Part shown: piece by piece, positions 29,007 through 38,900 of the stretch
Numbering within the stretch: the stretch's first letter is position 1
Layout: every line of letters begins with the position of its first letter
NCBI GenBank assembly: GCA_020633075.1
Contig: JACKEI010000003.1
Location: 525,472-589,471 of the forward strand
Reading direction: 5' to 3'
Source: Sandaracinaceae bacterium
GTDB lineage: Bacteria; Myxococcota_A; Polyangia; Polyangiales; Houyiibacteriaceae
Length of the DNA stretch: 64,000 bases
Notes under the pieces: model-generated
Database searches by the model: none
What the model was told of the DNA's origin: nothing
What the model saw: only the letters and a program-made list of their open reading frames with translations
Program-made: the position numbers and the translations under genes

Positions 29007-30458
29007 TCAGCGCGGACGCATGCGGATGGGCAGGCCTCCCGCCGGCGTGAGGGTGATGTTGCGCCGCTGTGTCCGCACGTGCGGCACCTCCGCGACCGGC
29101 GCGAGGTCCTTGAGGATGGTGGCGATGACGATGCGCATCTCGTAGAGCGCGAAGGCCTCCCCGATGCAGCGCCGCAGGCCGCCGCCAAACGGGAAGTACG
29201 TGTAGGGCGCGGGCTTGTGGTCCAGGAAGCGAGTCGGGTCGAAGCGCTCGGGGTCGGGCCAGGTGTCCGGGTCGAAGTGCACCAGGTAGATGCTGCAGCC
29301 CACCGCGACGCCGGCTGGGAGGTCGACGCCGCCGATGCGCGTGGGCTTCTTCACCACGCGCCCGACACCCGGGATGACCGGGTGCATGCGCAAGGCCTCC
29401 TTGCAGACGGCGTCCAGGTACACGAGCTCCCGCGAGCGGTCCACGTCCAGCTCGCGTGACCCCGCCAACACCGTGTCCAGCTCTGCGTGCACGCGCGCGA
29501 GCACATCGGGGTGGATCGACAGTCGGTGCAGCGTCCACGAGATGGCGGTCGCCGTGGTCTCGTGCCCCGCGACCAGCAGCGTGAAGAGCTCGTCGCGGAT
29601 CTCCTCGTCGCTCATCGGGGCGCCGTCTTCGTGCTTGGCCGCCAGCAGCATGGAGAGGATGTCCTCACGCGGCTCGTCTGCCCGGCGCCGCGCGATGAGC
29701 GCGTCCATCTCGGCGTAGATGTCCGCCCGCAGCCGCAGGAAGCGACCCCACGGCGAGCGGGGCCCCAGGTCGCGCTGGAACGTCTTCACGATGTACAGCG
29801 GGTTGTCGAGGATGCGCAGCGCCGCCGACAGCAGGTCGCGCATGCGGTCTTGGTCGGCGCCGTCCTCCATGCCGAACACCGTCCGCAAGATGACCTCCAG
29901 CGTGATCGCCTGGCTCTCGCGCTGCATCGGGAAGCGCTCGTTGCGCGGCCACGCCCGCACGGCGCTCGCGGTGATGTCCCGCATGGCCTCGCCGTAGGCC
30001 CGCATGCGGTCGCCACGAAAGGGAGGCAGCAGCAGCCGCCGCTGCGAGCGATGCCGGGCCCCGTCGAGCACCAGCACCGAGTACGACCCCAGGAAGGGCT
30101 CCAGCACGGAGTTGGCCTCCCCGGCGTGCATCGCGTCGTCACCGGTGGCGAAGACCTCCCGCACCGCCGCCGGGTCGCTGAACTGCACCAGCGGCGGGAT
30201 GCCCGGGATGCGCAGCGTGGCGGTCTTGCCGTGTTCGTCGCGCACGGCCCGCAGAAAGGCCTGCGGCGTCAGCAGGAACGAGAGCATCTGCACGGCCGCG
30301 GGGGCGCTCGGACCGCTCGGCAGCGCGTCACCGCGTCCGTCAGGGGCGGCGTGCGCCACCCGCCGCGCGAAGGCGTCGACCATTGAGACGGGGATGTCCA
30401 CGGAGTCAGCGTCGCACGCGGCGTGCGCGCTGTCCGCTGAATTTGCACTCGGTGCCAT
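29007..30458 (-). CDS. Cytochrome P450
   Basis: Heme-thiolate loop FPFGGGLRRCIGEAFA, I-helix LLVAGHETTA, ExxR (EALR). The N-terminal start is uncertain. Confidence 0.85.
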   Translation of the reverse strand: MAPSANSADSAHAACDADSVDIPVSMVDAFARRVAHAAPDGRGDALPSGPSAPAAVQMLSFLLTPQAFLRAVRDEHGKTATLRIPGIPPLVQFSDPAAVREVFATGDDAMHAGEANSVLEPFLGSYSVLVLDGARHRSQRRLLLPPFRGDRMRAYGEAMRDITASAVRAWPRNERFPMQRESQAITLEVILRTVFGMEDGADQDRMRDLLSAALRILDNPLYIVKTFQRDLGPRSPWGRFLRLRADIYAEMDALIARRRADEPREDILSMLLAAKHEDGAPMSDEEIRDELFTLLVAGHETTATAISWTLHRLSIHPDVLARVHAELDTVLAGSRELDVDRSRELVYLDAVCKEALRMHPVIPGVGRVVKKPTRIGGVDLPAGVAVGCSIYLVHFDPDTWPDPERFDPTRFLDHKPAPYTYFPFGGGLRRCIGEAFALYEMRIVIATILKDLAPVAEVPHVRTQRRNITLTPAGGLPIRMRPR

Positions 30459-30488
30459 TCGGCGCCGCGGCTCGGCAGCGGCCGGCCG

Positions 30489-31319
30489 TCAGCAGCCGTC
30501 GTACACGTAGGCGTTCGCGGCTGGGCCCACCAGGTTGCGGTCACGCAGCACGATGGACAGCTCGGGGAACGCGGCGCAGCCCTCTGTGAATTCCTGTCGG
30601 CGGTACTCGATGACCAGCACGTGCGCGCCATACACGGCGGTGTAGTCGCCGCACTCGTGGTAGCGGTTGCACTCTTCAGCCACGGCGAAGTCGGTGCCCA
30701 TCTCGGCGCGCCGCCCCACCAGCTCGGCCGAGTTCTTCTGCGCAATGGCGAGTCCCGCCGCGTGGGCGCTGTCCGCGAAGAGACGCATCATCGCCACGGC
30801 GTCCGCTTCCCGGAGCCGACCTCCCGAGCGCGAGAACGAGTCCAGGTTGTCGATCTCCACGGCGTCGAAGCCGGCCTCCGCGCAGCCCGTGATCCACCCG
30901 TCGACGATGGCGGCGATGGCCGCACGCTTCTCGGCGGTGCCCACGTCCAGCAGCATCTCGTCCCAGTCCTGGTCGATGACCGGGGCTCCCTGGGCGTCGC
31001 GCAGCACGAGGGTAGGGTGCTGGTCCAGCCAGAAGGCGTTCTCGGCCTCCTGCGCCTGGAAGCCGTTCACGTAGCAGAGGTTGTAGAGCCCGGCGGCGAT
31101 GGGCGCCTCGCGGTCACGGGACACGATGCCCACCCCCACAGGAGGCGCGTAGGCCTCACCCAGCTGGTAGTCGAGCCCGGCGTTCGCCGGCGGGAGCGGG
31201 TACGTGGACTCCACCACCGTGGCGTCGCGCGCGGCCCCCTGGTCGGGGGCCGTGGCGGGCGCGCTGCCGCAGCCGGCGAGCGTCATGACACCGAGGAGAC
31301 AGCAAGCACGGACACGCAT
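30489..31319 (-). CDS. Glycoside hydrolase family 114-like (endo-alpha-1,4-polygalactosaminidase-like) lipoprotein
   Basis: Lipoprotein signal MRVRACCLLGVMTLAGCGS. GH114-like YNLCYVNGFQAQE...DEMLLDVG...GFDAVEIDNLDSF. Start at ATG 31319 inside the longer track ORF. Confidence 0.7.
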   Translation of the reverse strand: MRVRACCLLGVMTLAGCGSAPATAPDQGAARDATVVESTYPLPPANAGLDYQLGEAYAPPVGVGIVSRDREAPIAAGLYNLCYVNGFQAQEAENAFWLDQHPTLVLRDAQGAPVIDQDWDEMLLDVGTAEKRAAIAAIVDGWITGCAEAGFDAVEIDNLDSFSRSGGRLREADAVAMMRLFADSAHAAGLAIAQKNSAELVGRRAEMGTDFAVAEECNRYHECGDYTAVYGAHVLVIEYRRQEFTEGCAAFPELSIVLRDRNLVGPAANAYVYDGC

Positions 31320-31347
31320 CCCCGGAGTATAGACCGACAGAGGCGGC

Positions 31348-31695
31348 TCAGGTGGCGTAGAGCAGCGTCGGTGAGTCGAGCGCCACGGCGACGTACGCGA
31401 GCACCAGCCCCAGCACGCCCGCGATGGCGACGACGGCTGCGAGCTTCCAGCGCTTGCGCACCAGCAGGACGATGAAGGCGATGAGCGTGAGGGGCTGGTT
31501 GCCACAGCTGCACAGCAACGTGCCCAGCTCCGGCAGCAGCAGCGCGCTCTCGCGGTACGCATCGATGTCGTCGATCTGCGCGTGATGCAGCGCCGCGAGC
31601 ATCGCCGCCAGCGCAGCGCTCAGCAGGGTCACCGCACCGAAGCCGACGGAAGCGTAGTCCGCGACGCTCCAAGGACGCGCTGCGTCTTCTTGCAT
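31348..31695 (-). CDS. Hypothetical small membrane protein
   Basis: 115 aa with 3 predicted TM helices. Sits between two same-strand genes. No family recognised. Confidence 0.45.
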   Translation of the reverse strand: MQEDAARPWSVADYASVGFGAVTLLSAALAAMLAALHHAQIDDIDAYRESALLLPELGTLLCSCGNQPLTLIAFIVLLVRKRWKLAAVVAIAGVLGLVLAYVAVALDSPTLLYAT

Positions 31696-31701
31696 GCCCC
31701 T

Positions 31702-32223
31702 CTATAACACGGGCGTTCGTCGGGCTCCCGCGTGCAGGCCGCGACGTCCCGTGTACAGCCCCTGCGGTGGTATCCCCAACAACGTCCGAAGCTCGCCGAC
31801 GCTGAGCTCGAGCGCTCGCTCGTAGGCCACCGGTTCGTGGAAGAGCGAGGCGCGACGCTCGGTCGCCCGGAAGGCGCGCAGCGTCCGCCGCGGGGCCACC
31901 AGCAGTCCCAGGGCCGCACCGCCGACCACGATGCTGGCGACGTAGAGCCCGACAGGAGCCAGGCCCCGACGCAGCTCCCACGCGCTGACCTCTGCCTCTC
32001 CGGCAGGGTCCGTGCCGTAGCCCAGGAGCGCGTGATGCAGGTCGTGCCACATCAGGGCCCAGCGGTGCCGGCGGGTGTTGGGCACCTTGATGGTCACCCC
32101 CATGAGCTGCGCGTCGGTGAACGGCGCGTCGTAGGCCTCGATGGTGAACCCGTTCTCGGCCAGGTAGGCGTCGCGGGCCCGGCGCACCGACCACTCAGCG
32201 GGAAAAGGCGTGCGGGTGTCCAT
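31702..32223 (-). CDS. Coq4-family-like protein (HDxxH-x11-E zinc motif) with a C-terminal TM helix
   Basis: 173 aa from ATG 32223. WHDLHHALLGYGTDPAGEAE fits the Coq4 HDxxH-(x)11-E signature. Hydrophobic segment LAPVGLYVASIVVGGAALGLLVAP. Confidence 0.55.
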   Translation of the reverse strand: MDTRTPFPAEWSVRRARDAYLAENGFTIEAYDAPFTDAQLMGVTIKVPNTRRHRWALMWHDLHHALLGYGTDPAGEAEVSAWELRRGLAPVGLYVASIVVGGAALGLLVAPRRTLRAFRATERRASLFHEPVAYERALELSVGELRTLLGIPPQGLYTGRRGLHAGARRTPVL

Positions 32224-32293
32224 GCCCAAGGCTGTGGGGTCGCACGCCCCGACCTGCAAGCGAGTGACGACGAAACAAAGTGCCGGGGCTGAC

Positions 32294-32322
32294 TTGACGC
32301 CTCCCGGGTTAGTAAGTAAATA
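32294..32322 (+). promoter_or_regulatory. Putative sigma-70-type promoter of the TetR gene
   Basis: TTGACG (32294-32299), 17-nt spacer, TAAATA (32317-32322). The -10 lies only 11 nt before the GTG start, implying a leaderless or near-leaderless mRNA. It overlaps the shared 11-mer TTAGTAAGTAA. Confidence 0.4.
32309..32319. promoter_or_regulatory. Predicted TetR operator half, copy 1 (TTAGTAAGTAA)
   Basis: An AT-rich 11-mer identical to 33026-33036, in otherwise ~70% GC DNA. Embedded in GTAAG-N10-CTTAC dyad symmetry. Confidence 0.45.
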
Positions 32323-32332
32323 CTCGCTTACC

Positions 32333-32980
32333 GTGGCCAGACCGCAGCAGTTCGACAGCGAAGCCCTCCTCGAGTCCCTGAGAGAGACCTTTCTGGACCT
32401 TGGCCCGGGCGCGTCGACACAAGAGCTGGCGAAGCGCGCGGGCGTCAGCGAGGGGACGCTGTACAAGCGCTTCGGGAGCAAGCGCCGCATGTTCACCGAG
32501 GCGCTGCGCCTCCCGGAGCTCGAAGAGTGCGCCTGGTTCACCTCCATCCCGGCGCGCGTCGGGGTGGGCTCCATCGAAGAGCACCTCTGCCAGATCGGAG
32601 AGGGCATGCACCGCTACGTCAGCGAGCTCATGCCCTGCGCCCAGATGATCGGCGCCAACGGCAAGCTGCGGCCGCAGGACTTCGCGCGGCTGCTCGGTGG
32701 CGACGAAGAGGCCCCACCGTTCGCCAACATCGACGCGATGACCCACTACTTCGAGCGTGAGATGGCGCTCGGGCGCGTGCGTGAGACCGACGCGGGAGGC
32801 CTCGCGCGTCTCTTCATCGGGGCGATGGTGCACGACGTCCACCTGCGCTTGCACTTCCCCGACCACGTCCCAGGTGACTCGAGCACGGTGGCGCGCCGTG
32901 TGGCGCGCACCATCGCGGATCTGGCCGTGGTCCCGAGCGGCAAGCGCTCGAAAAAGCCCACCCTGGGACGTTCCGCCTAA
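32333..32980 (+). CDS. TetR/AcrR-family transcriptional regulator
   Basis: N-terminal HTH (STQELAKRAGVSEGTLYKRFGSKRRMF). GTG 32333 chosen inside track ORF 32210..32980 so the HTH sits ~30 aa from the N-terminus. Confidence 0.8.
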   Translation: MARPQQFDSEALLESLRETFLDLGPGASTQELAKRAGVSEGTLYKRFGSKRRMFTEALRLPELEECAWFTSIPARVGVGSIEEHLCQIGEGMHRYVSELMPCAQMIGANGKLRPQDFARLLGGDEEAPPFANIDAMTHYFEREMALGRVRETDAGGLARLFIGAMVHDVHLRLHFPDHVPGDSSTVARRVARTIADLAVVPSGKRSKKPTLGRSA

Positions 32981-33025
32981 CGCTCACGCGCGTGACGCGA
33001 CTTGCCCAGGTCGCGCTCGGCCCAC

Positions 33026-33046
33026 TTAGTAAGTAAGCGCTCACTT
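33026..33046. promoter_or_regulatory. Predicted TetR operator, copy 2, upstream of the TolC-MFP-RND operon
   Basis: TTAGTAAGTAA (33026-33036) runs into the 14/16 palindrome AAGTAAGCGCTCACTT (33031-33046). It lies 26-46 nt upstream of GTG 33072. A possible -35 TTGCCC is at 33002-33007. Confidence 0.45.
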
Positions 33047-33071
33047 TTTCAACGTACCTGGAAACGACGAC

Positions 33072-34697
33072 GTGACTCACTCCCCCTCCGCCTTCTCGCT
33101 CGCACTCGCCGGTCTCGCCGGGGCGGCCCTCCAGCTTGCGGCGGCGCACGCAACGGCGCAGGCGCGGACCCCCGTGTCGCCGCTCGATGTCTCTCCGACG
33201 TCGCCCGAGACCACGGCAGCGCCGCGCGACCCGCAGGTCGTGCCCCCAGCGGCGGGGCCCGTCGCGACGGCTCCGAGCGCCTCTCCGCCGCGGCTGACCG
33301 ACGTGCTGCCGGGCAGCGCCACCGACATGGACGAGGCCCTCGACCTGGGGCAGCTCCTACCGGCGGGGGTCTCGGCGCCGACCGGGCTCACCCCCGAGGC
33401 GGCGGTCGCGCGGGCTCGCGCGGTGTCCCTCGACGCTCGCATCGCCACCGCGCGCAGGGAGGCCGCGGACGCCGGCGTCACGGGGGCCCGTCGGGCGTAC
33501 GTCCCCCGCGCCTCTCTCGCGGCGCGCTACACGCGTCTGTCGAGCTACACGCCAGGCACCATTCAGTCGTTCGACACGCCAGGCTGTCTCGCCAACATCA
33601 TCGACTGCCAGGCCAACCCCGACAATTACCTGTCGAACGTCGTCCTCCAGCGGCCGATCCTGAACCAGTACGCCCTCACGGCGAGCGTGTCGGTGCCGCT
33701 CAGCGACTACATGGGCGCCACGCGGCACGAGCTCGACGCTGCACAGCTCGAGCGCGACGCGGCCCTCGAGGTCGAGCGGGGCGCCGCGAGCGACACCGTG
33801 TTGGTGGCCCTAACCAGCTACTTCGAGGTGGTGCGGGCGCGGGCCCAGCTGCGCGTCGCCAACGACGCCCTCGCGGTCGCCGAGCGGCGCATCGCCGACA
33901 CACGCGCGCAGGTGGCCAACGGCCTCGCGACCCGTAGCGCGCTGCTGGAGGCCGAGGCGAGCGCGCAGACGCTGGCTCGTCTACAGACCGTGGCCGAGAC
34001 GCGGCTCGTGGTCGCGGAGCGCGCCTTGCGCGACCTGCTCGAGCTGCCCGAGGACGAGGCCATCGTGCTGTCGGTCGAGCTCTCGGAGCTGCCCGCGGGC
34101 GATTTGCGTGACCCGGACGCGCTGCGCGTCGAGGCCCAAGCCAACGACCCCTACGTGCGCGCCTCCCTGCTGCGCGCCGAGGCTCAGGCCGCGCGCGCCG
34201 ACGCGGAGCGCGGTCGCATGATGCCCTCCCTGTCGGTCGGCCTGAACTACACCTACGCCAACCCCAACTCGCGCATCTTCCCGCAGACCACGCAGTTCCG
34301 CGGCACTTGGGACATCAGCGCCCAGCTGACCTTCTCGCTCGACGGAACGCTGCTCGCAGGCGCCCGCCGCGCCCAGCGGCTCGCGCTGGCGGAGGAGAGC
34401 ACGCTCACGGCCGAGGGCGACTCGCGCCGCGCCGGGCGCACCGCGATCGAAGCGCAGGGGCTGCTCGTGGCGTCCTTGGCCGAGGTGGACGCCCGCCGCG
34501 TCGCCGTCGCCAGCACCGCGCAGCGGGAGCGTGACGCCGAGGCGCGCGCCGGCGCAGGCCTGGGCACGCGCACCGAAGTCCTGGACGCCAGCGTCAACGC
34601 GCTGCGTGCCCGCCTCGATCTCGTCGACGCCGTGGTCGACGCCCACATCGCCAACGCCCGTCTGATCCGCGCCCTCGGTGCGGACAGCGCACCCTGA
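33072..34697 (+). CDS. TolC-family outer-membrane efflux protein
   Basis: Signal peptide, then two OEP-type repeats rich in coiled-coil A/R/E/L. First gene of the efflux operon. Confidence 0.85.
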   Translation: MTHSPSAFSLALAGLAGAALQLAAAHATAQARTPVSPLDVSPTSPETTAAPRDPQVVPPAAGPVATAPSASPPRLTDVLPGSATDMDEALDLGQLLPAGVSAPTGLTPEAAVARARAVSLDARIATARREAADAGVTGARRAYVPRASLAARYTRLSSYTPGTIQSFDTPGCLANIIDCQANPDNYLSNVVLQRPILNQYALTASVSVPLSDYMGATRHELDAAQLERDAALEVERGAASDTVLVALTSYFEVVRARAQLRVANDALAVAERRIADTRAQVANGLATRSALLEAEASAQTLARLQTVAETRLVVAERALRDLLELPEDEAIVLSVELSELPAGDLRDPDALRVEAQANDPYVRASLLRAEAQAARADAERGRMMPSLSVGLNYTYANPNSRIFPQTTQFRGTWDISAQLTFSLDGTLLAGARRAQRLALAEESTLTAEGDSRRAGRTAIEAQGLLVASLAEVDARRVAVASTAQRERDAEARAGAGLGTRTEVLDASVNALRARLDLVDAVVDAHIANARLIRALGADSAP

Positions 34698-34744
34698 CCC
34701 CTCTGCACTCTGCACATCCCCCCGTGCTCTCGACAGGTACCCGC

Positions 34745-35959
34745 ATGAATCCCCTCCGTTCCTCCTCCGGCATCCTGCTCTCCTCGTTGCTCCTCGGCGC
34801 GCTGAGCGTCAGCGGCTGCGACGGCTCGCGTGCGAGGGCCACAGCGCCCGGCGACGAAGCCCCGCAGCCCGTCGACGTGACCACCGCCGTGGCCAGCGTG
34901 GCGCAGGTGCCCAACACCCTCCGCCTCGACGGCACCCTCGTGCCCCGGCGCGAGGCACAGCTCTCGCCCCTCGTCAGCGGACACGTCGCGGAGGTGCGCG
35001 TCGAGCGCGGCGACCTGGTCGCGGAGGGCGCACCCCTCGTGGTCCTGCGTCAGGCCGACCTCCGGCTCGCCGCGCAGGCCGCCGCCGCGCGCGCCCAGGC
35101 GCAGTTCGAGCAGCTCGGCGTGGAGCGGGGCAGCGACTTCGAGCCGGACGCCGTGCCCGAGGTGGTAGCCGCACGGGCTGACTCGGCGAGCTTGGACGAC
35201 CAGCTGCGTCGCCTCACGCCGCTCCACGAGTCGGGCGTCGTCGACGACCGCACCTTCGAGCAGGCCCGCAACGCGGCGGAGGCGGCGCGCGCTCGCTACG
35301 AGCAGGCCCGCACGCGTGCCCGCGGGTCGCACGCGAGCTACGTCGCGCTCTCCTCCGAGGCCCGCCTGCGTCGGAACGAGAGCCGCAACACGACCGTGCG
35401 TGCCCCGTTCGCCGGCGCCATCATGGAGCGCCTGGTGGAGGTGGGTGAGTTCGTGGGCACTCAGTCGCCCGTGGTCACGCTGGTGGACGCCTCTCAGCTG
35501 CGCCTCGAGCTGGCCGTCCCGGAGCGCTTCGCCGCGCTGGTGCACGTGGGCCAGCAAGCCACCGTGACCGTGGACGGCACGGGCCAAGAGGTGCTCGGCG
35601 AAGTGCGCTTCATCGCGGCGGCGCTCGACACCGACACCCGCACCCTCACCGTCGAGGTGGTGATCGACAACGCCGACGGCGCCGTGCGCGCGGGCCACTT
35701 CGCGCGCGCCGAGCTGCAGCTCGACGGAACCCGCTCGGTCGTGCGCATCCCGAGCAGCGCGCTCTCCGAGAGGGCCGGCGTCTACCGCGTCTTCGTGGTC
35801 CGGGACGGTGTCGCCGCCACCACGGCTGTGCGCGTCATCGAGACGGCTGGCGAGCTCACCACACTGGACGCCGACCTCCCGGACGGAGCCGTCGTCGTCA
35901 CCCTCCCACCCCGCGACCTCGCCGACGGCGTCCCCGTGCACGTCACGGGCAGGAACTGA
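34745..35959 (+). CDS. Efflux RND periplasmic adaptor (membrane fusion protein), lipoprotein
   Basis: MNPLRSSSGILLSSLLLGALSVSGC lipobox. HlyD/AcrA-like hairpin and beta-barrel segments. Start at ATG 34745. Confidence 0.85.
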   Translation: MNPLRSSSGILLSSLLLGALSVSGCDGSRARATAPGDEAPQPVDVTTAVASVAQVPNTLRLDGTLVPRREAQLSPLVSGHVAEVRVERGDLVAEGAPLVVLRQADLRLAAQAAAARAQAQFEQLGVERGSDFEPDAVPEVVAARADSASLDDQLRRLTPLHESGVVDDRTFEQARNAAEAARARYEQARTRARGSHASYVALSSEARLRRNESRNTTVRAPFAGAIMERLVEVGEFVGTQSPVVTLVDASQLRLELAVPERFAALVHVGQQATVTVDGTGQEVLGEVRFIAAALDTDTRTLTVEVVIDNADGAVRAGHFARAELQLDGTRSVVRIPSSALSERAGVYRVFVVRDGVAATTAVRVIETAGELTTLDADLPDGAVVVTLPPRDLADGVPVHVTGRN

Positions 35960-35969
35960 GGAGCACGTC

Positions 35970-38900
35970 ATGCAGTGGCTCGCCCGTGTCGCCGTCTCTC
36001 GCCCAGTCTTCACCTGGGTCATGTCCTTGGTCCTCCTCGTGCTCGGGGTGGCCAGCGTAGGCAGTCTCCCGGTAGACCGCTTCCCCAACATCGACGTCCC
36101 CTACGTCACGGTGGTCGTGCCTTACCCCGGAGCCTCGCCCGCCCAGGTCGAGACGGAGGTCACGGAGATCATCGAAGAGGCCGTCGGTAGCGTCTCAGGG
36201 CTCTCCGAGCTGCGCTCCACGTCCTACGAGGGCTTGGCCGTCGTGGCCGTGCAGTTCGATCTCGAGAAGGACGGCGACGTCGCCGCGCAGGAGGTGCGCG
36301 ACCGCGTGAACCGAGTCCTCGCGCAGCTGCCCGACGGCGTGGACCCGCCTCGCATCGAGAAGCTCGACCCTGACGCGCAGCCCATCTACTACGTGGCGCT
36401 GCGGGGGCCGGGCACGCCGCAGGAGCTCACGCAGTTCGCGGACGACGAGCTGAAGGGGCCTCTCGAGGGCTTGGGCGGCGTGGGCTCCGTGCAGATCCTG
36501 GGTGGACGTGAGCGCGAGATCGGCGTGCAGCTCGACCCGGCTCGGCTGCAGGCCCTCGGGCTGTCCATCACGGACGTGTCGCTGGCGCTGCGCCGCGAGA
36601 ACCTCGAGCTCCCGGGCGGCGACGTCACCAACGGGGCATCCACCCGTCAGGTGCGCGTGCCGGGGCGGGTCCGCAGCGCGGCCGAGCTCAGCGACCTGCC
36701 CGTCATGCAGCGCGACGGCCACGTCATCTACCTGCGCGACGTCGCGACCGTGACCGACGACGCGGCCGAGGCCGAGTCGCTGGTCACCTTGGACGGGGAG
36801 GGCATCGTGATGCTCACCGTCACGCGCCAGAGCGGCACCAACGCCATCGCGGTCGCGGACCGCTTGGCCGAGTCGATCGAGGGCATCCGCGCGCGCCTCC
36901 CTGCCGGGTACCGTGCGGATGTCGTCCGCGACGAGAGCACCTTCTCGCGCACCTCCGTCGACGCCGTGAAGGAGCACTTGGTGCTGGGCGCCATCTTCGC
37001 GGTGTTGGTGGTGTTCTCCTTCCTCCGCAACGGGCGGGCCACCGTGATCGCGGCGCTGGCCATCCCCGTGTCCATCATCGCCACCTTCGCGGTGCTGAAC
37101 GTGCTGGGCCTCACGCTCAACATGATCACGCTGCTGGCGCTGACCCTCGCCGTGGGCATCGTCATCGACGACGCCATCGTCGTGATCGAGAACGTCATCC
37201 GCTTCCTCGAGGAGCGCAAGCTCGCGCCGCGCGAGGCGACCATCGAGGCCACCAAGGAGATCGGCCTGGCCGTTCTCGCCACCACCCTGTCGCTCGTGGC
37301 CGTGTTCCTGCCCGTCGTGTTCATGGGCGGCATCGTCGGGCGCTTCCTGTCCTCGTTCGGAATCACCATGAGCGTGGCCGTGCTGGTCTCTCTCTTCGTG
37401 GCGTTCAGCCTCACGCCCATGCTCTCGTCCAAGTGGCTGAAGCGCAGCGGCGAGGGGCACAGCCAGAGGCCGCACCCCACCGGGGTGGCCGCGGCGCTGA
37501 CCGGGCGTGAGGAGCGCGCGCGCTACCGCGAGTTCCTGCGCGGGGAGTCCGGCTTCAACCTACAGGACGGCGCGCTCGAGCGCTGGTACGGCAAGCTGCT
37601 CGCCTTCTCCATGGCTCACCGCTGGGTGGTGGGGCTGGTGATGATCGCCGCGCTGGCCGCCATCCCGGTCATCGGCGCGCGTGTTCCCACGGGCTTCCTG
37701 CCCACGGACGACGAGGGTCGCTTCGAGATCACCGTCGAGGCTCCGCAGGGCACCTCGCTGGCGGAGACGGAGATCATCGCCGAGCGCCTGGCCCGTCAGG
37801 TGCGCTCTCTGCCGGAGGTCGAGCACACCGTGCTCATGGTCGGCAGCGCCGCGGGCGACATCAGCGGGCGCGGCAACCACGAGGCGCTCCTCTACGTGGG
37901 CCTGGTGGACCAGACCGAGCGCGAGCGCAGCGAGCTGGAGATCGAGGAGTACATTCGTGCGGAGTACCTGCCCGGCTTCACGGAGCACGAGCAGGCCAAG
38001 GCCGAGATCTCCCGCATCTCCGGGTTCGGTGGGTCGGGGCCACAGTCGGCGCCCATCCAGTACCTGCTGCGCGGGCCGGAGTTTGCGTCCCTCGAGCGCT
38101 ACTCCGACGCCCTCGCCACGGCCCTCGGTCAGCAGACCGGCGTGTCCCAAGCGGACACGACCTTCCGTGAGGGGCGCCCCGAGTTGCGCGTGGAGATCGA
38201 CCGGCCGCGGGCGGCCGAGCTCGGCGTCACGGTGTCCGCCATCGCCGACACGCTGCGCATCCTCGTCGGTGGCGCCGACGTGACCAACATCGCCGTCGGC
38301 GGCAACCAGTACGACGTCAACCTGCGCGCCGCCGAGGAGTTCCGGCGCGGCGCGGCGGACCTCGACCGCTACGAGGTGCGTGCCCTGGACGGACGCCTCG
38401 TGCCTCTCTCGCAGGTGGCGCACGTCGTGGACGGCGTCGGCCCCGCGGCCATCGAGCACGTGGGTCGCGAGCGCAGCGTGATGGTCTACGCCACCACCCT
38501 CCCGGGCGCGTCCACTGCCGCGCTCATCCAGACCCTCGACCGCACCGCCGCCGGGCTGAACATGCCACCCGGCTACTCCACGGCGCTCACCGGGCAAGCG
38601 CGCGAGTTCGGCAAGGCGGCGCGCGGCTTCGCCATCGCCATCGTGCTGTCCTTCATCTTCATGTACCTGATCATCGCGGCGCAGTTCGAGAGCTGGATCT
38701 ATCCCCTCAGCATCTTGGCCTCGCTGCCGCTGACGGTGCCCTTCGCGCTTCTCTCGGTGCTCATCTTCGGGCAGTCGCTCAACGTCTACTCCATGCTCGG
38801 CCTGCTGGTGCTCTTCGGCATCGTAAAGAAGAACTCCATCCTGCAGGTGGACCACACGCTCACGCTCCTACGCGAGGGCTTCTCGCGACCCGACGCGGTC

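Noticed and set aside
35808-35969. Longer start for the RND permease (track ORF from 35808).
   Set aside because: It overlaps the 3' end of the adaptor gene in another frame. The canonical RND N-terminus MQWLARVAVSRPVF begins at ATG 35970, 10 nt after the adaptor stop.
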